From a candidate division FCPU426 bacterium (GTDB lineage Bacteria; Oederibacteriota; Muellerivitia; Muellerivitales; Muellerivitaceae), in assembly GCA_963771075.1 (NCBI GenBank), contig CAVYSE010000020.1, positions 1 through 64,000 of the forward strand: a stretch of DNA of 64,000 nucleotides. Reading direction: 5' to 3'. Shown in pieces: positions 36,899 through 48,383 of the stretch. Position numbers and translations under genes: made by a program. Every line of letters starts with the position of its first letter. The stretch's first letter is position 1. A model generated the notes under the pieces. That model was given only the letters and a program-made list of their open reading frames with translations. It did no database searches and had not been told where the DNA came from.

Positions 36899-37424
36899 AG
36901 TGGACCTCCTTAAGTTTTAAAATCATATTGATATTAACATACTTTACCGAGAATTTTATATTTTTAATTTCAAAAAAAGAAATGTACTTCAACCGCATTT
37001 TATATTTTTTCGAAAGCAGTCGGAATGTGCGCAGAACTTGGAACAGGAATTCTTTAGAGCTTATATCCTCGGGGGCGTTAAATAGTCACGGAGTTTGCGA
37101 TTAGCCACGACGGGCCATGTAGCTAAGCGCAAGCGCATGCTACAGGGCGGGGAACCACATTGGACATCTCCCAAAACGCTTTTGAACAATGTTTTCTAAT
37201 AAAATCTTCCGCCCTGTAATACCTCTTCATAATTCATTGATAAAACCAGCCTAAATACCATTCTTTTGGATTTGTCAAAATCTCTTAGTGGTGTAATCAT
37301 TGTTTTTACAGGCTTTTTTGTTGAATCCCTAACTGATTGAAAATAACGTAATTTTTTTGGAATAAACGGTTTCCCTCCGTCCTTTAATAGGTAGAGGAGG
37401 GGTTAGGTTAATGGAGGTATCCAT

Positions 37425-38003
37425 TTGGATGACCGGGCCTTGGTTCAAGGGCTCTTAAGTAAGGAGGGGTCTTCCGAGCGGTTCTTCTTCCATACCTACC
37501 GTCCCAAACTTTACCGCATCGCGACCTTCATCCTGGGATACAACGACCCCGAGGTGGAGGACGTGGTTCAGGAAACTTTCCTGGCCGCGCTCCAGGACCT
37601 CCCCAAATTCAAGTTCCACTGCGATTTTTTCCGCTGGTTGCGCCGCATCTGCGTTTACCGGTGTTACGAACGCATCCGCCGGAGGAAACGCCAGGCCGTC
37701 AGCGCCCACGAGGAGCTGGAAAATCTAACCCACCGGGCCGCAGTGGAAAAGGAAGATTCGAGGGCCAGGGAAGTGGAAGAACACGATCTTTTGAAAGTTC
37801 TCCGGGAAGAGATCGCAGGTTTGGGGAAAAAGTGCCGGGAAATTCTCGAGCTGCGGGACCGGCGTGGAAAAAATTACGCGGAGTTATCCAAACTCCTGAA
37901 AGTTCCCATCGGCACCGTGATGTCCCGCCTGGCCCGGTGCAAGGAAACACTGAAGGAACGGGTGTTCAGGGCGGCCCGAAAAAGGGGGCTCCTCGATGGA
38001 TAA
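37425..38003 (+). CDS. ECF sigma-70 factor
   Basis: Region 2 EVEDVVQETFL...FFRWLRRI; region 4 YAELSKLLKVPIGTVMSRLAR; GGAGGT upstream of TTG. Confidence 0.93.
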   Translation: MDDRALVQGLLSKEGSSERFFFHTYRPKLYRIATFILGYNDPEVEDVVQETFLAALQDLPKFKFHCDFFRWLRRICVYRCYERIRRRKRQAVSAHEELENLTHRAAVEKEDSRAREVEEHDLLKVLREEIAGLGKKCREILELRDRRGKNYAELSKLLKVPIGTVMSRLARCKETLKERVFRAARKRGLLDG

Positions 38004-38652
38004 ACTGATCGAGAAATTTTTCAAGTCCGAACTGACCGAGGCCGAGGAAAAGGCCCTGGCACGGAGCCTGGAAAAATCCGAGGAGGTCGCTGGGCAGTTC
38101 TCGGATAGGGCTGAGCGGGCCTATTTATCCTACGGCCTGCCCCAACCCCGAGTGCCGGGTCCCTGGACGCATTTCGTCCATTCGGCCTGGGGGAAGCTGA
38201 TGCCCCTGGTTTTGGCGGTTGGCGGAATCACGGTCATATATCTAGGCACGAAGCCGGTGGTCGAACAGACACCCCCGGCGGTCATCTCGGGCGGGGTGGA
38301 GGGGACTATGCATACACCGACGATACCGAAAGTGAAAGCACGGGTGGTCCGGCCCTCGTCCCCGGTGAAATGGCTGGGAGCGCCTCCAAGAGAGGAACTG
38401 GATACCGATTACCACCACTTGAGGGTGGTCGTGAACCAGGAGGGTGACGGAATCGTCACAGTCAGGGTTTTGGGGCCGGAGGGAAACGAGGTTCGGCGGC
38501 TTTATGACGGGCCGCTGGAAGAGGGTTGGTGGGCCTTCATTTGGGACGGCATATTAGAAAACGGTCATCCGGCCTCGCCGGGGGTTTACCGCATCGAGGT
38601 GGGAAGCGCATCCGGTATCAAAAGCCAGGAAGTTGCGGTTAATACGAAATAA
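37996..38652 (+). CDS. Putative anti-sigma factor with one TM helix and C-terminal FlgD-Ig-like domain
   Basis: Overlaps the sigma stop; helical N-terminus LIEKFFKSELTEAEE; TM; VTVRVLGPEGNEVRRL..FIWDG..ASPGVYRIEV. Confidence 0.75.
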   Translation: MDKLIEKFFKSELTEAEEKALARSLEKSEEVAGQFSDRAERAYLSYGLPQPRVPGPWTHFVHSAWGKLMPLVLAVGGITVIYLGTKPVVEQTPPAVISGGVEGTMHTPTIPKVKARVVRPSSPVKWLGAPPREELDTDYHHLRVVVNQEGDGIVTVRVLGPEGNEVRRLYDGPLEEGWWAFIWDGILENGHPASPGVYRIEVGSASGIKSQEVAVNTK

Positions 38653-38733
38653 AATGCTGTTGGATGGGGCCGGGAGGTGAACCCGGTCGGGGAGCCATCC
38701 TTTTATCGGTTCAAAAGATTGAGGGAGGCTGGT

Positions 38734-41700
38734 ATGAAGTTTAATCCAATGGGCGGGAATGGCTCCACTATAACCCCGGAGGAATCATTTTTGGGTCGTA
38801 AATCCTAAGGATCCCTAGGCGTATTCTGGGCATTCCTTTTAGTCGCCGGAGGGTGGTTGTTGAGCCCGGGCGCCATCGCCCAAACAAATACTCCGACCCT
38901 GACCGTGACGATGACTTCGACCCCGGCTCCCGTCACGGTGGAACTGACGCCGGATGTAGCGCTCTCTAACGCCACCCAAGCCCCGGGAGCGGCCAATGTC
39001 CCGGTCAGCGAGCCCTTTATTATCAACTTGTATGGACAGCAGCCCGTCACTTGGACCGCATTGACCGTGACCGCATCAGGGACGGGAAACACTGCCGGTA
39101 TTACCAGTCTTCAGGTTTATCTGGACAACGATTACAGCGGCACCGTCGATGCGGGGGACACTCTCCTGGGTGCGGGCACTTTCAGCGGTTCGACCGCCAC
39201 TATCCCCCTGAGCTACATTCTTTCCCCCGACGGTTTTGGTTCGTTCCTGGTTGTCGCCAATTTCTCCTCGAGCGCCGTTACTGGCACCTACGCTTTCAAC
39301 ATCACGGGAATGACTGGATCCTCCAATCTGCCCGTGGCCTTTACCGGTTTACCCTTCGCGGGAGTCACCATCACGATCCCCGGCCCCACGCCCACCGTGA
39401 CCAATACCAGAACCATTTCCTCCACGCCGACCTCCACCCTTACTTCGACTATCACCTTGACAGCGACCGTCACCAACACCCCTTCTGGTACCTGGTATGC
39501 CACCCCCTGGACCAACACCCCCATCCCCCCAAATTCCTATACGCCAACCCCTATATTCACTTATACCCCCACGCCGGGATGGTTCAACGTGGCGTTAGGG
39601 CCCAATTCACCGACTTTTAACAATCCCTTATTGGTGGGTACCAGTAATCTCCCGGTGATCCAAGTTGTGTTGAGGAATGATAGCGGCTATTCCGCCACAC
39701 TCACTGGATTGACCTTTACGGATACGGGCTCGGGCACTCCCTCTTCCGGTATTGACAGCTTCCAGCTTTATAACGACCTCAACGGAAACGGAATCGTGGA
39801 CAATGGGGAACCCTTGTTGGGCGCCGCGAGTTTTACCGGTTCGACCGCCACCTTCAGTTTCACCCAGAACCTGGCGGCCGCCACTGGAAGTGTGACCTTG
39901 CTGGCTGTCGCCGAATTCGCGTCAACGGGAAGTACGGGAACCTATACCTTCAGCGTCACGGGAGGCTCCGGATTCAACGGTTTGGGCGGCCCGGAGGGTT
40001 TCAGCAACCTTCCAGCCACCGGTGCGCCTATCACTATCACCTACCCCACGCCCACCCTGACTTCAACCAACAGCTACACACCCACCGCTACCACCTCGGC
40101 CACCCCCAGCCCGACGAGCACCCCGACCAACTTGGGAGGCTTTACCTCCACGCCCACTCCCTGCGTCCCCGTTCTCCAATCCAGCTATACCTTCGACACG
40201 GGAACCGAGTGTTGGAGAACTTGGGGCGGGCCGGTAGGTTCTGTCCTACAGTGGGATTCAGTAGATGGCCATACCAATCCCGGTTCCTTGGAGGCCATCC
40301 TGCCCTATACGTCCGGCAGTGTCAGCCAGGCCCTGATTTTCCTGGACTTGTCCTCCGCGCCCCCGTGACCATTCCGGCGGGAAGCACCCTCAGTTTCTGG
40401 TATAAGGCCTCCACCTCGGTGGGAAACCTGCAAGTTTTCGATGCGAGCGTCACCCAGGGAAGCGGTGGACCCGTTTCCTACGTGTGGAACGATGGCAGCT
40501 GGCAATCCAGCCTGGCCACTTCCTGGACCCCGGTGACCTTTACCATGAACCCGGCGGGCCCCAACGCGGTGGAGGAGTTCGGGTTGCAAGTGCCGGCTGC
40601 GGCTGGCTCCATCACATCGCCGGTGACGGTTTGGGTCGACGATGTGACGATCAACCTGGCCGGATCGTTCACGGCCACACCGACCGTTGGATCTACCTCG
40701 TCCAGTTGCTATCTTTTTGCGACCCAATGGGGAGGTTACGGCACTGGGGACGGTACATTTAGCGAAACCACGGGCGTGGCGGTGGCTCCTTCCGGAAACG
40801 TTTATGTGGTGGACGCCGAGAACTACCTCATCCAGGAATTCACATCGAGCGGGTCTTTCTTGACCCAATGGGGAGGATCGGGTACCGGGTACGGGAAATT
40901 TGCCTTTCCCTGGGGGGTGGCGGTGGCCTCCTCTGGAAACGTTTATGTGACGGATATTGAAGACAACCTGATCCAGGAATTCACCTCGAACGGGACCTTC
41001 TTGACCCAATGGGGAGGCTCGGGAAACGGGTATGGGTTCTTCACGGCTCCCTATGGCGTAGCCGTGGCCCCCTCGGGAAACGTATATGTGGCGGATACCG
41101 AGAACAACCTCATCCAGGAATTCACCTCGAGCGGGTCTTTCTTGGCCCAATGGGGAGGCGCAGGATCCGGAAACGGATTTTTCGACTATTCCTTGGGGGT
41201 GGCGGTGGCTCCCTCGGGAAACGTTTATGTGGCGGATTTCGGGAACAACCTCATCCAGGAGTTCACATCCGGCGGGTCCTTCGTGACCCAATGGGGAGGT
41301 AACGGCACAGGGAACGGGAAGTTTGCCTATCCCTATGGCGTGGCGGTGGCCCTCTCAGGAAACGTATATGTGGCGGATACCGAGAACAACATCATCCAGG
41401 AATTCACATCGAACGGGTCTTTCTTGACCCAATGGGGAGGCTTAGGAGCCGGAAACGGGTTATTCGACTATCCCTTGGGTGTGGCAGTGGCACCTTCGGG
41501 AAATGTATATGTGGCGGATTATGGGAACGATCTTGTCCAGGAGTTCACCTCCTGCCTTTCCCCCACGCCCACGAGCAGCCCGACGGCCACCGTCTCTCCC
41601 ACGCCTACCAGCACCAATCTAGGGGGCCTGACCTCCACCGTGACGAAGACCCCCACGACCACGGTCACCGCGACCATCACGTCCACGCCGGTCTCTTGCT

Positions 41701-44180
41701 CCCCCGCGCTTCTTTCTTCTTATGTTTTCGATACCGGCACCCAATGCTGGACCGCTTGGGGTTCCGTCACGGCCACCGTTTCGCAGGACACGACGAACTA
41801 TTACGCAGGGGGCGGCTCCCTAAAGGTCGTATTGCCCTTCACCAGCAATATCCAACAGGAACAGATCGGCATCCAGTTCCCAGGCTCGGGCGTCGCCATC
41901 CCCGCCGGGAGCACCATCAGCATGGAGGTCATGGCCTCCAACAATGGGAACGCCCTGCAATTGTTTGACCAGAGCGGCGCGAACGCGGTTAGTTGGGACG
42001 CCGGAGGCTGGGTGAACGCGGGAGGCTATGCCGCCGGAACCTGGTTCCCGGTCTCCTACATGGTCAACCCGGGAGCACCCACATCCGTCGTCCAATTCGG
42101 TTTGGAGGTTCCCGCGGGTTCGGGATCGAGCTACGCCAACGGACTTCCGGTCACGGTCTGGATCGACAACGTGACCATCACCCCACCCGTTTATTGCCCG
42201 GTCACGATGGTCGACGCTTTCGCGACTGAGGGCTCGGTCAACCTCTGGGGTGGGACCTGGACGACGATCGGTTCCGCGGACACGATTGGCGTGACCTACG
42301 ACGGCCCCGGGACCAATGGGGATCCCTATTCAGCGGGTGTGACGGGAACCCTGGCCACGGGCGGCTGGGCCAATTGGTACACGTTCCTTTACGCCACCGA
42401 CACGGTCTTCGACGCGGCGGCCAACGGCCTCCAGGGCATCCAGTTTTGGATGAAGGGGGACGGCGGCACCTACCGCATGGTGGTCTTTTCCCAAGCGGTG
42501 ACGGACAACGACTATTACGGTGTGAATGTCACTCCTCCCAACGACGGCAACTGGCATTTTTACCCCGTGCCCTTTTCCTCCATGGTGACCGTGGGATGGG
42601 GAACCCAGACGGGCTTGCCGAGCCACTTCGGGGCCACCGACCTTTTGGGCCTCCAATTTGAGACCGTGACCGCGCCGTCCACCTTCGCATTCTCCGTGGA
42701 TCAGATCGCATTTTATTGTTCCACCACGGCCGTCCCCACCCCGACCTTGACGGTTTCAGCCACGGCTACGAAGAGTCCCACCCCCACCGTGACGCCCACT
42801 CCCACAAGCACCAACCTGGCAGGTTACACCTCCACTGTCACGAAGACCCAGACAGTCACGGCTACATCCACGATGACCCTAACGCCCACCGTCACCTTGT
42901 CTCCCACGGTGACCTTGTCACCCACCGTGACCTTGTCGGTCACTCCCACGAACACCAACCTGGGGGGCCTGACCTCCACCGTGACCCTCACCCCGACCAC
43001 CACCCCCACCTCCGTGGTGGTGGCCGTCAGCTCGGGTTCCACCGGCGCCGTCAATGTCTCGCCCGGAACCAGCAACGTGCCGGCCCTGCAGGGCAACTTG
43101 ATCAACCTCGGCACTGCGCCGGTCACCCTTACCAACCTGACCTTGACCGACTTCGGCACGGGAAACCCCGGGAATATCGTTACCCTCTACGCGGTGATCA
43201 ACGGGTCCTACGTGAGCCCCATCTCGGCCTTTGCCGGAACCACGGCTACGATCAATTTGAACAACTACGTCCTGAATGGTTCCGCGAATCAAACCCTGCA
43301 GATCATGGTGAGTTTCTCCGACAGCGCGTTGGGAACCTACCAATTGTCGATCGGCTATTTTAACGGGATCAGCGGCAATAACGGCCAACCGGCTTCCTTC
43401 ACGGGATTCCCGGTGGAGGGTTATATGGTGAATTGCGAACCGCCCACCTCGACTTTCACATCGACCCCGACGGCTTCCGCGACGGCCACCCCGACGGCGA
43501 CCCTTACGGCCACTTGGAGTGCTACCGTCGTCCCCACGGGAACCATTACGGTGACACCCTCGACCTCGCCGACCGTGACCCGTACGCCCACCATCACCTC
43601 CACCGGCACCTTCACGGCCACCCCGACCTCCACCTACTCGGCGACCCGGACCCCGACATGGACCTTCACCTAGCCCCACCCCTACGTCCACAGCGACTTT
43701 CACGGCCACTTCTACCCCCACACCACAAACACCTCTACGATGACCCCCACGCCCACCTTCTCCGGCACCTGGACGGTCACGTCCACCCCCACGACCACGA
43801 GTTCCCTGACGGTCACCGTCACTCCGACGATCACCGCCACGCCAACAGCGACCTCCACCGAGGTACCCCTGGTGGCCGGGTCTTCCCTGAAAGTATTGCC
43901 TCCACAAGGGGGCGCTTATGTGGCCCCGGACCCGGTCTCGGGGAATACCGCGATGTTGGCCTATTGGATGGCCTCCTCCGGAACGGCCCATATCCGTATT
44001 TTCAACGTCGTCGGCCAGTTAACGGCAAGGCAGGATGAAGAGAAGGCGGCGGGGGCTCAATCCAGCCTGTTGAACCTGGGCGGATACGCCGCGGGCGTGT
44101 ACCTGTACAAGATCGACATGAACTACGACTCGGGCGGGACGGACTCCGTGCCGGTATCGAAGTTTTTGGTGGTGCGCTAA
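38734..44180 (+). CDS. Giant modular secreted protein: Ig-like x3, CBM-like x2, NHL propeller, CIA30/CBM11-like domain, Thr/Pro linkers, CTD (interrupted)
   Basis: ORFs 38857..40368, 40209..43673 and 43740..44180 join through shifts near 40360, 43670 and 43720. ATG 38734 follows GGAGG but an in-frame TAA lies at 38806-38808. Ends IRIFNVVGQ..AAGVYLY..SKFLVVR. Confidence 0.8.
40715..41555 (+). repeat. Six tandem 141-bp NHL repeats (6-bladed propeller)
   Basis: QWGGxGxGxGxFxxxxGVAVAPSGNVYVxDxxNNLIQEFT six times, bracketed by single Cys residues. Confidence 0.92.
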
Positions 44181-44203
44181 TGAGGCCGCAGGGAGGTAAG
44201 TCC

Positions 44204-45595
44204 ATGAAAACCACGGCTTATCAGCTCCTGGGGTGGGCACTGCTCCTGGCGTTCGCTTGGGCGGCGGCAGACAGGTGCGGAGCCCAGGCCCTTTCCACCG
44301 CGTCCATCCAGAACCCTTTTGAAAGCTCCGAGGCCTCGGCCCGCTCCATGGGGATGGGCGGCGCCTTCGTGGGGGTGGCGGACGATTCCTCGGCTCTATT
44401 CTTCAATCCCGCCGGATTAGGAAACCTGAGGGGGATCGACCTGGCGGTCGACCACCAGATTGGTTTGGCTGGCATTACCGAGGACCTCTTGATTCTGGGA
44501 CTCCCCCTGGGCCAGGGCTATGGCCTGGGCATCAGCGGCCAATTCGTGAATTACGGCAGTTTCGACGGCAGGACTGCCGATGGAACCCCAACGGCCAGCC
44601 CCACCGCCTACCAGGCGGGTTTCGCCCTGGGAGGGGGAATGGAACTCGTCCCGGGTTTTTTCATGGGGGCGGGCCTCCAGGGAACCGTTCAACAGTTGTC
44701 TTTGAGTAGCTACACCCTGTTCAATGGAAACGCGGGATTGTTATATGTCATTCCAGGCGGTTGGCGATTGGGGGCCTCATACGGCGGATGGGGAACGGCG
44801 GCGGTGAACGCGAACGCCCCCGCGATCCTTCGGGCCGGGGTTTCGAAACTTTTTTCGGGAAAGGGGCCTTTCTCTCTTCTGGCGGCGGCTTCTTACGATT
44901 ACGAGTCCCAATTCGGCAGTGACGCCCTCGTGGGCCTGGAGGGTGCCTACCGGAAGAACTTTTTCGTGCGTGTGGGTTTCCAGGGGAACCTGCAAGATAG
45001 CGGCATAAACGGGTTCCAGGGCCTCACGGCGGGTGCCGGCCTGGCATTCGCGGACTTCAGCCTGGATTACGCTTTCGAGCCCTTCGGCGACGTTGGTACC
45101 ACCAACCGGGTGAGCCTGGCCTACCGCTTTGGGACCGAACCCACTCCGGCGGCTCCTGTCTCCAAGATTCCCACAACCCGGCCGGTCATCCAGACGACAG
45201 CCCCCAACCCAGGCCAGCCCCAGCCGGTCCAAAGCAACCCGGCAGGAACAGGCCAGTCCTTGACCGTTCAGTTTGACCTGGTTTCCCAGGACATGGCCAA
45301 AGCCCAGACCTTGGAACAGGAGGGCCGCTCGAAGGACGCGGTGAGAGCTTATCTTGCGGTCATCAAGGACGATCCCCAGAACGCCAAGGCTTGGTGGCGT
45401 TTGGGCAATCTCTACTACCATATGAACTACAAAGCCTACGCGGTCCAGTGTTTTGAAACCGTCCTCAAGTTGAAGCCTGATATCAAAACCCTGGCGGATT
45501 GGCTGGAAAAATACAAGGCCTCCCCGGAAAACCCGGCTTCAAACGCCTCTGGGGTGCAAACCCCGGTTATTCCCTCGACCCCCGGGCCCCAATAA
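44204..45595 (+). CDS. PorV/FadL-like outer-membrane barrel with C-terminal TPR
   Basis: ARSMGMGGAFVGVADDSSALFFNPAGL; LDYAFEPFGDVGTTNRVSLAYRF; Pro-rich linker; TPR AWWRLGNLYYHMNYKAYAVQCFETVLKLKP. Confidence 0.8.
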   Translation: MKTTAYQLLGWALLLAFAWAAADRCGAQALSTASIQNPFESSEASARSMGMGGAFVGVADDSSALFFNPAGLGNLRGIDLAVDHQIGLAGITEDLLILGLPLGQGYGLGISGQFVNYGSFDGRTADGTPTASPTAYQAGFALGGGMELVPGFFMGAGLQGTVQQLSLSSYTLFNGNAGLLYVIPGGWRLGASYGGWGTAAVNANAPAILRAGVSKLFSGKGPFSLLAAASYDYESQFGSDALVGLEGAYRKNFFVRVGFQGNLQDSGINGFQGLTAGAGLAFADFSLDYAFEPFGDVGTTNRVSLAYRFGTEPTPAAPVSKIPTTRPVIQTTAPNPGQPQPVQSNPAGTGQSLTVQFDLVSQDMAKAQTLEQEGRSKDAVRAYLAVIKDDPQNAKAWWRLGNLYYHMNYKAYAVQCFETVLKLKPDIKTLADWLEKYKASPENPASNASGVQTPVIPSTPGPQ

Positions 45596-45885
45596 TTGGG
45601 CCTTTCAGCAGGGAGCTAGTCGAGGCTCGACCCGTTTTTGGATGAAATGATGTTCAAATTGATCGTCTGACCAATGCTTTATACTTGTCGAGTGCGTGTG
45701 GGTGGCAGCTTCATTTGGGAGGCGATTGATCAAAAAGTTGGTATGAATAACGGTCCTCTTCAACTCCATCCTCTTGCGGATACCCCACTTTCCCGGACCC
45801 CTTTTCAGCAAATCCACCGAAACCAGTTTAGGCCACAGTTGTCCGGCCACCGGCTGTCAGCAATTATTTAGAAAAAGGAGCGATT

Positions 45886-48270
45886 ATGGAAACGATGAGA
45901 AGGGTTATAAAGATGGCCGGTTTTTTAGCCTTTATTTTTGGAGGCTTGGGAATCGGTTCGGGGCTATGGGCACAATATTCGAATGAGGATGGGAGCGGCG
46001 ATTTATGGACGGGAACGGGCTCCTCCGCCTCCGGGAATTGGAGCACCGCCACCGGTGAGTACAGCACCGCCACTGGGACAAGCAGCTCGGCATACGGACA
46101 GGCTGCCACGGCCAGCGGGCTGAGCAGCATCGCCATCGGGAATCTGAGTAATGCCGGAGCGAGTTGGACTACCGCCGTTGGATCGGAAAGCAACGCCGCC
46201 GGACTGGGCAGCTCGGCCTACGGGGATGCCGCCACCGCCACAGGAACTAGCAGCACCGCCCTCGGCAATAACAGCACTGCCAGCGGGAATTGGAGCACGG
46301 CCACCGGAGAGGGCAGCAACGCTGGGGGAACTTCCAGCGCTGCTTACGGGCAATCCGCCACCGCCACCGGATCGGGTAGCATAGCCATCGGGAATCAGAG
46401 CAACGCCAGCGGGAATTGGAGCACGGCTACCGGAGAAGACAGCAACGCCCTCGGGATTTCCAGCTCCGCTTACGGGCAAGCCGCCACGGCCAGCGGGAAT
46501 TGGAGTACCGCCGTTGGGAATTTAAGCTCCGCCAGCGCGACTGACAGCACCGCCCTCGGCAATAACAGCACCGCCAGTGGAAACTGGACCACCGCCGTGG
46601 GCGAAAACAGCAGCGCCAGCGGGGTTGCCAGCTCTGCTTATGGGCAAGCCGCCACTGCCAGCGGGCTGAGCAGCATCGCTATCGGGAATCAGAGCAATGC
46701 CGAAGGAAACTGGAGTGTCGTTGTCGGCTCGGACAGCAGCGCCACCGGGACTTCCAGCGCCGCCTATGGTCAATCCGCCACCGCCACCGGATCGGAAAGC
46801 ATTGCTATCGGGAACAAGAGTAACGCCACTGGGAACTGGAGCGCCTCCGTGGGTGGAGACAGTACCGCTAGCGGAACTTCCAGCGACGCTTTCGGGCAGG
46901 GTGCCACGGCGAGTGGGAACTGGAGCACCGCCATCGGGAATTTAAGCTCTGCCAGCGCCACCGACGCTACCGCCATCGGAAATTCCAGCACAGCCAGCGG
47001 AAACTGGAGCACAGCCACCGGCCAGGGCAGCATGGCCAGCGGGGCGAACAGCACTGCGATTGGGGTAGGGAGTTCAGCCTCAAATTATGGAAGCTCAGCT
47101 TTTGGAGCTGGCGCCACCGCCACGGGATCCTACGGCACCGCCACAGGATATGAAAGTAATGCGGTTCAAGCGGGCGATACCGCCTATGGTGTCAGCGCCA
47201 TCGCTAGCGGATATTTAAGCACGGCCACGGGTTTTGCAAGCAATGCCAGCGGTTGGGAAAGTACCGCTACTGGAGTAGCCTGCACGGTCATTGGGGATTA
47301 CAGCACCGCCACGGGGTCTTTCAGTACCGCAAGCGGGACTAATTGCACCGCGAACGGATACGGAAGTAGCGCGAGTATTTATAACAGCACCGCCACGGGA
47401 TATGAAAGCATGGCATCAAATTCCTTCAGCACCGCATATGGGGCGGAAGCCATAGCCAGCGGTGAGAACAGCACTGCCACTGGATTTTTAAGCACCGCCA
47501 GTAATACATACAGCACGGCTACAGGATGTAACAGCAATGCGAGTGGGTTGAATAGTACTGCCGCCGGTTTTAGCAGTAACGCCAGAGGTAGCAACAGTAC
47601 CGCTACTGGCTCTTACAGCCAGGCCACCACAACGAATAGTTCGGCTTATGGCGTCAGCGCAATCGCAAGCGGTATCAACAGTACTGCAACAGGAACAAAC
47701 AGCACCGCCGTCAACCAAGGGGACACGGCTTACGGTGGATTCGCCACCGCAAACGGTTCTTTTAGCACATCCCTGGGGGAATACAGCGCCTCCACGGGCG
47801 TCAATAGCACCGCAGTGGGGTCCGGAAGTATCGCCAGCGGAAATAACAGCACGGCCATCGGGGCTAATAGCGTGGCGAGCGCGAACAATAGCGTCGCCTT
47901 GGGGACGGGGTCCTTGGCGAACCAACAAAATATCGTCTCGGTCGGAAACGCCAACACCGGTTTGACCCGCCGCATCACCAACGTGGCGCCTGGAGTAGCC
48001 AGCACCGACGCGGCCAACGTGGGGCAGTTGACCAGTTCCGCCCAGACGGCCGGGGTCATGGTGGGGGCGGCCGCCAACGCTTCCATGGGATTGATGGGGC
48101 TTCCAGGCGCGACTCGGGTGGCCCTGGGCACGAGCGTCATGGGCAACCAGGTGGGGATGGGCCTGGCCGTACAAAGGAGCTTTGATAGTTGGGCCGCCTC
48201 CCTGAGTACCTCCACCGATGGAAATCTTGATTACATGCAGGTAGGCGGCTCGGTCGGTATCAGCTTTTAA
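45886..48270 (+). CDS. YadA-like trimeric autotransporter adhesin
   Basis: 14-aa head repeats (ASGNWSTAxGxxSx); neck RRITNVAPGVASTDAANVGQL; anchor ending GGSVGISF. Confidence 0.9.
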   Translation: METMRRVIKMAGFLAFIFGGLGIGSGLWAQYSNEDGSGDLWTGTGSSASGNWSTATGEYSTATGTSSSAYGQAATASGLSSIAIGNLSNAGASWTTAVGSESNAAGLGSSAYGDAATATGTSSTALGNNSTASGNWSTATGEGSNAGGTSSAAYGQSATATGSGSIAIGNQSNASGNWSTATGEDSNALGISSSAYGQAATASGNWSTAVGNLSSASATDSTALGNNSTASGNWTTAVGENSSASGVASSAYGQAATASGLSSIAIGNQSNAEGNWSVVVGSDSSATGTSSAAYGQSATATGSESIAIGNKSNATGNWSASVGGDSTASGTSSDAFGQGATASGNWSTAIGNLSSASATDATAIGNSSTASGNWSTATGQGSMASGANSTAIGVGSSASNYGSSAFGAGATATGSYGTATGYESNAVQAGDTAYGVSAIASGYLSTATGFASNASGWESTATGVACTVIGDYSTATGSFSTASGTNCTANGYGSSASIYNSTATGYESMASNSFSTAYGAEAIASGENSTATGFLSTASNTYSTATGCNSNASGLNSTAAGFSSNARGSNSTATGSYSQATTTNSSAYGVSAIASGINSTATGTNSTAVNQGDTAYGGFATANGSFSTSLGEYSASTGVNSTAVGSGSIASGNNSTAIGANSVASANNSVALGTGSLANQQNIVSVGNANTGLTRRITNVAPGVASTDAANVGQLTSSAQTAGVMVGAAANASMGLMGLPGATRVALGTSVMGNQVGMGLAVQRSFDSWAASLSTSTDGNLDYMQVGGSVGISF

Positions 48271-48383
48271 ATTGCGGTTTTATGATCTAAATTTTTCTCC
48301 AAGACCCCCGGTTGACCCGCCGGGTGCCTTGGACGAATAGGCCTGTGAAATGCGGTAATAGATTTAGGGAGAGAAACCAAACC

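Noticed and set aside
35333..36920. Short ORF-track ORFs in the intergenic region
   Set aside because: Overlapping, no convincing SD and no protein-like motifs; the 13-codon ORF has much better signals.
40715..41555. Diversity-generating retroelement target
   Set aside because: No reverse transcriptase or non-coding template repeat in the window; differences are not limited to adenines.
45886..48270. Ice-nucleation protein
   Set aside because: The period is 14 aa with a YadA neck and anchor, not the 16-aa AGYGSTxTA repeat.
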